A stretch of 64,000 bases of DNA from Carpediemonas membranifera BICM (Eukaryota; Protista; Fornicata): positions 133,072 to 197,071 of the forward strand of contig JAHDYR010000011.1 of assembly GCA_019828565.1 (NCBI GenBank), read 5' to 3'. Positions within the stretch are counted from its first letter, which is position 1. Each line of letters opens with the position of its first letter. A program made the position numbers and the translations under genes. Of the stretch, positions 59,601-64,000 are shown one piece after another. Under the pieces are notes generated by a model. It was not told the origin of the DNA, made no database searches, and saw only the letters and a list, made by a program, of their open reading frames with translations.

Positions 59601-60977
59601 CGCGCTGAGCTTGACCAGGCTTTGGCACAGGCCAAGGCTGGTCTGGCTGAGGAACGACAGGCGATGGAGGCCGAGGAAACACGCCGCAAGCGTGCCGCAC
59701 TCACAACACAGGCTGAGTTTGAGAGCCAGGTGCGAGCAAGGTTCGAGGGCCTCACCAAGCAGCTTGTCGAGCAGGTCGAGGATGAGAAGCGCAAGGTCAT
59801 GGCCGACAGAGCTCTGCTGGACCAGCAGCGGCAGGCCATCGAGCTGGAGGCCCGCAACAAGATGGACGCCGTGCTCGCCGAGAAGGAGGCTGAGATGAAG
59901 GAGCTCGTAGCCACCCGTAAGGCCGAGCTCGACGAGATGGACGCCAAGCGCCGCGATGCTGTGGAGAAGAAGCGTCTCGAGCTTGACCGCGAGCTTGCCG
60001 ACCGCGAATCCGAGCTTCGCACCCGCCTCGAACGCGAGATGGAGGCCGTCCGCGCCGAAGTTGTCAAGGACATCGAAGCCGCCCACGCCAAGGAAGCAGC
60101 CGAGCACGACCGCCGCGAGGAGGCCGAGCAGCAAGTGCTGAAGCTCAAAGTGCAGATGAGGAAGCTCCGTCACTCCTCAACATTGTGGCGTCTCGACTAC
60201 CAGCAGGAGACGAAGCTCAAGTTTGAATCACTCATCGCAGACATGGAAGCTCGTGTCCGCGAGGAGCACGACCGGGCCGACCAACGCCGTATACAGAACG
60301 CGGAGGAGCATCTTGTAGAGGATATCAGGGCAAGAGAGGAGGACAACCGCCGCAGACGCCAGCTTGAAGAAGCCGAGCGCGCTTTCCAGGAGGACCTCCA
60401 GCGCCGCGACGAGGCCGAGAAACTCCGTCAGCAGTCAATGTCCGAGGGCGCCGCCGAACTCCAAGGCACGCTGAACCGCGTCGACGAACTCTTCCAGGCC
60501 CTCGAGGTCGACGCCGACGAGATCCTCTCTTTCCAGACCAGATTGAAACCCCACATCGACTTCAACGAGATGGCTCTCCGCCTGGCCGACGAGGAGGTCC
60601 AACGTCTCTCCAGCCTCGTCCCCATCCACGAACTCGTCAGCCGCCGCGAGTTTATCAAGTACCGCATCAAGGACTTCAACAGAGCTGCCACCGATCCCGA
60701 CCGTCTGTTCAATTCGAAGCCGACCCGCCTCCTCGAGGAGGACCGCCAGCGCCAGGAGTTCCAGAAGGAACTCAACAGGCTCAACGCGCAGCTCTCGGAT
60801 ATGATTCCGGTGTACGAGAAGCGGTATAGCCGCGTCTTCAGCTACAAGGGCAAGCCGTACCTTCAGACGATGGCAACTGACATTCAGAGCCTCGACAGAA
60901 GCACTGAGGCGAGCAACTTGAAGCGGTCTTTCAGCCAGCGCAGAGTTACCTCCAGCGCTAGCATGTTGTCTCAGTAG
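53673..60977 (+). CDS. Giant coiled-coil protein with 283-aa tandem repeats and a C-terminal MAP65/Ase1/PRC1-like domain
   Basis: ~2430 aa from MDAEKL; C-terminus DPDRLF...LLEEDRQR...LNAQL..MI..YE.....FSYKGKPYL. Confidence 0.85.
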   Translation: MDAEKLERLRQQKKAIMSERQSSADKFSSLMDRKDKLAAFKASRTQGSPKTANPAKKISSKPPTPRASSVTSVKAAAQEMPQRQASPAALKPSPKVPTPTNRPAPVSTSDPILLDEGNARFQSQIQDMRAKLEEEKRQFEAYVKEAADNRIKEEIDHIEARELARRREDEEAREEFEKDLRDRHEALKAKYIAQLEEDKRAVKLDYDRRMLEKDQEILTIKRNAQSEAEKAVADREAELQELESNLRNEIDAERVRLTEKENDMRTKLKADLNAMSSRVHADYVGQMERLREELKREREAMAEEQDEVIQRYEQMRLEALRQADFKRKKYEAKVRQEATAQIEKADTKRMEYEAQIRAEANEEIEKLRTANEQALAQARKKVIAQFEAKRETIRKEADQRILMAEADADARVKAAEEKAKADYEKSREEVELMRQNLEEQRRGLLDQMKEDTRKAVEAEFDRIQEAEVIRRKEDEAARETYEKSVREKYEALKAKYLAQLEEQKEAYKADYETVLAEKDTEIATFKQTIESDAQKTISDHDAELKKLEATLRAEIDAERVALALKETELRASLQDESSTMRQAIHSEYAEKMEKFRAELKAEREELAKEQDAVMIRYEQMRTEYMEQTEVKNREYEAKVRAEANEDIEKVRKAGETEICEARKKIVAEFEAQRDAIRAEADARIAKAQAANDEKLKAAEDRVAAEYVKAHAEIEQMRVALEEQKREFEAEMKEYAKKSIDTEVDRIQEAEVIRRKEDEAARETYEKSVREKYEALKAKYLAQLEEQKEAYKADYETVLAEKDTEIATFKQTIESDAQKTISDHDAELKKLEATLRAEIDAERVALALKETELRASLQDESSTMRQAIHSEYAEKMEKFRAELKAEREELAKEQDAIMIRYEQMRTEYMEQTEVKNREYEAKVRAEANEDIEKVRKAGETEICEARKKIVAEFEAQRDAIRAEADARIAKAQAANDEKLKAAEDRVAAEYVKAHAEIEQMRVALEEQKREFEAEMKEYAKKSIDTEVDRIQEAEVIRRKEDEAARETYEKSVREKYEALKAKYLAQLEEQKEAYKADYETVLAEKDTEIATFKQTIESDAQKTISDHDAELKKLEATLRAEIDAERVALAEKETELRDAVAEETSKIHDELHAKYSAQMAELHKKVKAERDTVMADQAEIIKRYEQMRTEYMEQTEVKNREYEAKVRAEANEDIEKVRKAGETEICEARKKIVAEFEAQRDAIRAEADARIAKAQAANDEKLKAAEDRVAAEYVKAHAEIEQMRVALEEQKREFEAEMKEYAKKSIDTEVDRIQAAELIRRKEDEAARETYEKSVREKYEALKAKYLAQLEEQKEAYKADFDSRLMQAEEAHAVNLVAAKASLDSERAALLANDRERRATLDADRRTFENSIRDRYNALRRSDIEADDAARASLRAELEAQRASMAAEMAEYEQTVRASLLSDERDMRLRFEKHLQEAQAQLQTELAAREEEWAQRHEDLIADEQHRVKAVHDEAVAHEQALRAQLRDELAAAELVMRDRAHKGKVIMEEELREHKKALEARRRELELEQQTYEAGIRAKYDAMAQQLQGQHDDLLAQYKRQLDAEYQDLKNGLVKERAAVENDKSAWMAGQRTLLAREREGMIAEAQGLIAKEQDRIAAERDKLAVAQREAVTRMELEAVEAERRRADALEERMQHWSDQQDKILAAKLAEKDNAVAAAQKTLQSRLAQHEKKMAELRSETDKKAQARIAAAQTAFDNKVLELKHAAERSRKQYIEEEAEKRRHTVAENAADMAKLKEELADEKAAFEAAQALRLRSMKDSLDEDRRLLKEADVKRQKATQDAQDEFEATVRARYMANEVQLEDTLKAKYREYAAEQDKKWEGIVADVKRRWDDEREHTAKTAALRESELQAEKTAWEATIRTDTTHLIEEAAELRNAQLEEVRREHAAELKREREAHAAALEEQVIAVTRREADLRAELDQALAQAKAGLAEERQAMEAEETRRKRAALTTQAEFESQVRARFEGLTKQLVEQVEDEKRKVMADRALLDQQRQAIELEARNKMDAVLAEKEAEMKELVATRKAELDEMDAKRRDAVEKKRLELDRELADRESELRTRLEREMEAVRAEVVKDIEAAHAKEAAEHDRREEAEQQVLKLKVQMRKLRHSSTLWRLDYQQETKLKFESLIADMEARVREEHDRADQRRIQNAEEHLVEDIRAREEDNRRRRQLEEAERAFQEDLQRRDEAEKLRQQSMSEGAAELQGTLNRVDELFQALEVDADEILSFQTRLKPHIDFNEMALRLADEEVQRLSSLVPIHELVSRREFIKYRIKDFNRAATDPDRLFNSKPTRLLEEDRQRQEFQKELNRLNAQLSDMIPVYEKRYSRVFSYKGKPYLQTMATDIQSLDRSTEASNLKRSFSQRRVTSSASMLSQ
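55053..57750 (+). repeat. 849-bp coding tandem repeat, ~3.2 copies
   Basis: Units start at 55053, 55902, 56751 and 57600; a diverged 915-bp unit lies at 54138-55052. Confidence 0.97.
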
Positions 60978-61039
60978 ATCTAAATGTAATCTAGTATTTA
61001 TGTTGTTGTGGGTAAGTATAGAGCCTGGGGGGAACACCG

Positions 61040-61741
61040 TCAACCCTCGAACTTCTTACCGCTGTGGCGCTCGATATCGTGCCTTAGCTGTCCCAACACA
61101 TGTTTCTCTGCCCTTGATCTGACCGAAACGTTTCTCTCAGCCCATTTGGACGGCTGTATGATGAGATAAGGGTACTCTTGACTGTGCTTCATCTCCGTAA
61201 AGGCCTTCAGATAGTCTGCTTCGTCAGCAAACGACACGAAGCCGTAGTTGGACTTCTTCGTCTTATCGTTCACAACGCGCACTTTTGTAACGCTCGGATA
61301 GTGCCTGAACATATGAGCAAGATCCTCATCCTTTGCTGATCCCAAGAGGTTGCCGACAAACAGACGACGCTCCGTATCTGACCAGCCAGCAAGTTTCTCA
61401 TCCACCCAAGTCTTTCCGGCCGCTGTTCTCTTCACACCGGACTTCTTGACATCAAGCTGGTAGGCTCTGTCGCGGGCATTGGGGGTGAGGCGCTTGCCGA
61501 TGGTCAGTTTCGGCGGCGCTGCTGCTTTGGCCTTTGGGACAACAAGCTTCTTCTCACAATGGGTCGCACGGGTCATTGGAGCGGCTGAAACGGTCACACG
61601 AGGTAGAACGGGCCGTTCTGGCGCCGCTGGTGCAGAAGAGGACTGATCGGTGGACGTTTTGGATGTCACTTGGTTATTAACATCTTTCTCCGATTGTATC
61701 TTGGCAGCTCGAAGCGCCAATCTCTCAGCCAAGCTGCTCAT
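61040..61741 (-). CDS. RBM42: RBM42-like RRM protein
   Basis: RTAAGKTWVDEKLAGW..RLFVGNL and YGFVSF match the RBM42 pre-RRM signature and RNP motifs. Confidence 0.8.
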   Translation of the reverse strand: MSSLAERLALRAAKIQSEKDVNNQVTSKTSTDQSSSAPAAPERPVLPRVTVSAAPMTRATHCEKKLVVPKAKAAAPPKLTIGKRLTPNARDRAYQLDVKKSGVKRTAAGKTWVDEKLAGWSDTERRLFVGNLLGSAKDEDLAHMFRHYPSVTKVRVVNDKTKKSNYGFVSFADEADYLKAFTEMKHSQEYPYLIIQPSKWAERNVSVRSRAEKHVLGQLRHDIERHSGKKFEG

Positions 61742-61883
61742 CGATATTGGTGCAGTTTAGAGCATTCGCCCAATTTTGGTGGTATTGGCAATGCAGCGCC
61801 CACATAGCAGCAGTACTGGCCCTGTTACCACCCAGCTGTGCGAAATCTCGAAAGTGACATAAACTGCGTGCTCGAAAATCTCC

Positions 61884-62921
61884 ATGTTCAATCCCTCTCT
61901 AATACTGTCTCTTGAGAGCAGTACGTCAGTCACTGCGCTCAAAATGCGCAATGATGGTATGCTGATCGCTGGTAATGGCGATGGATCCGTCTTTCTCGTG
62001 GAACTGGAGCCTTCCGTGACTACGACGCGCTACTACGGCCACGTGAAGCCTATTTCATCAATCTCACTTCATCCTACCGAAAACATATTTGCCACATGCA
62101 CTCCAGCGTCTGTACGCATCTGGGAAGCATCCGCGCATTCAACATACAACAGCATCGGCCAGAGCAACGAGAACGCTGGAATCTCGGTCTCATTTGCGAG
62201 TACAGGCCTTGTATTTGCCACAGCTAGCAAGTCTGGACGCATCACCTTTTTCCGTACAGCTGATGCAAAGATTATCCGCACTTTTGACCTCGAATACACC
62301 GTTCTCGACATGACACTGACCAATGACGACCAATATTTGGTGCTGTTGACTCCTGAGGCGATCATCTACTATGATTACGACAATATGGCGGAATCAATTA
62401 CCCTTCCCCTTCGCGGCAAGGCTTCAAGCTTTAATGTCAGTTCAAACGGGAACGTAATTGCCGCGTTGACGTCGCAAGGTGTCTTTGCGTTTGACATCAG
62501 GTACTCGCACAACGCTGTGGCCCACCACACGCCCACCTCGCCCGAGTGCGTTGCTGCCCACGACAGCGGCGCCATTTGCGTCGGAACAGAAAGCGGCGTC
62601 GTCTACCTCTACGATGATCCAAAGCAGAAGCCGCTCAAGATTGAAGCGCACGACTGCTCGGTCACGGCTATAGCTTTTAGCGAGAGCAGGCTGGCCACCA
62701 GTGGGGGTGGTTTGGCGGTCTGGTCATTGTACGACGAAGAAGCGCTCGTTGTGCAGCAAAAAACGGGGATGGAGCTTAACAACGTTCCTGATGACATGGT
62801 AACCCTTGTATCAAGACTCAAAGGCGTTTCTGACAGCCTTCAGATCGTTGCTGAGGCATCTGACATTCTGATGCAGCGGCTTGACGTGATCGAGGCAAGA
62901 CTCGAAGCAAAGGGGCTGTGA
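61884..62921 (+). CDS. WD40 repeat protein with C-terminal coiled coil (POC1-like)
   Basis: GHVKPISSI, AHDCSVTAIAFS; tail LMQRLDVIEARL. Confidence 0.65.
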   Translation: MFNPSLILSLESSTSVTALKMRNDGMLIAGNGDGSVFLVELEPSVTTTRYYGHVKPISSISLHPTENIFATCTPASVRIWEASAHSTYNSIGQSNENAGISVSFASTGLVFATASKSGRITFFRTADAKIIRTFDLEYTVLDMTLTNDDQYLVLLTPEAIIYYDYDNMAESITLPLRGKASSFNVSSNGNVIAALTSQGVFAFDIRYSHNAVAHHTPTSPECVAAHDSGAICVGTESGVVYLYDDPKQKPLKIEAHDCSVTAIAFSESRLATSGGGLAVWSLYDEEALVVQQKTGMELNNVPDDMVTLVSRLKGVSDSLQIVAEASDILMQRLDVIEARLEAKGL

Positions 62922-63000
62922 AAGACGCTGTTACTTGATTTACATACCGCAAACATAAATGGACTACCGCAAGTTTTACTCTACAACATCATACCGCCGC

Positions 63001-63960
63001 TCAATCAACCTTCAAGTCCGACGGTGAAGTGAGAAGGCCTTTCCGCTCCCTCGGCGTGGCATTTGGGCTCACGAGAGCGTCCAGCTCGCGTTGCTTCAGC
63101 CTAATCTCTTCATGAACCTTCTGGAGCTCTGGGAAACGCCGTTTCGACTTTGGATCGAGTCTCTCATCATTGAGATATGCGTATTCCTCCTCAAGCCGTC
63201 TCGCCTCGCGCCACAGCACGCCGAGGTCACCTTCGATTCGAGCAACTCTGTTAGACATGGTAACCTCATCATCGCTCGGCAACTCATCCGCCCCGACAAG
63301 TTCAGAAGCTGTCCGCCCGTTGATCTTAGGCCTCGTGGCGTGGCTGCTAATCAACAGCCGCGGGATCTGTGGACTCGATCGCCCAAGCGTCGGGGTTGTG
63401 GGAACGGCTGGTGAGCCTGTCGACGTGCCCGCGGTGTTTCCAGCGATATATGTGTCGCTGGAGGGCTCGTCGTCCGTCTCTGACTCCTCAGACGAGGAAA
63501 GTGTGAATGCAACGACCGGATGCGACTCTGACTCCGACTGAGTCGAGTCATCCGGAGAGGAAAACTGGGCCTCGCCCCAGGGGCGCATGTTCTCGGGCTT
63601 GATGTGCTCGCTGAACATCCGAACGACCACGAGCTTAGTCAGGATGCGGGAGTTCCGCTTGGGAATCAGAATCATCTCACGTGCTCTCTGACGTAGTCTT
63701 GGAACTAGATACGGAAGCTCGGGTTCGAGGATCTCGTTAGGCAAGAGGGAAACGTCCTTACGGGCGTAGAAAAGCCTCGTTAAGTCTTCGAGGAGGCCTC
63801 CGACAGTTGGTTCGAACATTAGGCGGCGGTGGCGGGTTACACGCCAGAATCTATGGAGGAAAAAGATATGGAATTTCACCTCATCGATAGGTGTGAGAAG
63901 AATCGGAGTGCACTGCATCTTCTCGACAAAAGATGCGGATCTTCTGATTGAGGCAATCAT
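63001..63960 (-). CDS. Hypothetical protein with C-terminal coiled coil
   Basis: 319-aa ORF; true start may be at MFEP (~63819). Confidence 0.6.
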   Translation of the reverse strand: MIASIRRSASFVEKMQCTPILLTPIDEVKFHIFFLHRFWRVTRHRRLMFEPTVGGLLEDLTRLFYARKDVSLLPNEILEPELPYLVPRLRQRAREMILIPKRNSRILTKLVVVRMFSEHIKPENMRPWGEAQFSSPDDSTQSESESHPVVAFTLSSSEESETDDEPSSDTYIAGNTAGTSTGSPAVPTTPTLGRSSPQIPRLLISSHATRPKINGRTASELVGADELPSDDEVTMSNRVARIEGDLGVLWREARRLEEEYAYLNDERLDPKSKRRFPELQKVHEEIRLKQRELDALVSPNATPRERKGLLTSPSDLKVD

Positions 63961-64000
63961 TGTTCGTATCTCCGGAGTTAGATTCAGTGTCCTATTAGAC

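Noticed and set aside
54981-60173. Long antisense ORFs (934 aa and others; also opposite nfnAB and tubulin)
   Set aside because: Shadow frames caused by strong codon bias on the coding strand

Overview
Gene-dense eukaryotic DNA from an anaerobic flagellate protist. It uses the standard genetic code and has 31-38 nt spliceosomal introns with a fused branch point/3' splice site, very short intergenic regions and an expanded RCC1-repeat family. These traits suggest a metamonad such as Carpediemonas (inference). Bases 1-9100 are a retroelement pile-up: a gag-like ORF with a CCHC knuckle, plus a CRE/SLACS-like RT and an APE-type LINE joined head-to-head. The rest holds mostly housekeeping genes: two FG-GAP surface proteins, RCC1-family genes, HPS1-like, SPX-SLC13 phosphate transporter, TTC1, Nop9-like, SP-RING SUMO ligase, STE20/MST kinase, LRRC49, Nse3/MAGE-like, BPI/LBP, beta-tubulin, RanBP1, Vps54, HlyIII, UPF0193, RBM42 and a POC1-like WD40 protein. 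Three observations stand out. (1) A Fanzor/TnpB-type RNA-guided RuvC ORF hidden in the ORF track at ~36420-37342, with a RuvC-I Asp->Asn change, no N-terminal lobe, and an adjacent hairpin-rich omegaRNA-like segment. (2) An intron-containing NfnA-NfnB fusion that keeps all electron-bifurcation motifs. (3) A 2.4-kaa coiled-coil protein with near-identical 283-aa repeats and a MAP65/Ase1-like tail. Many 1-2 nt frameshifts, including two in beta-tubulin, look like assembly indels, so all pseudogene calls are provisional.
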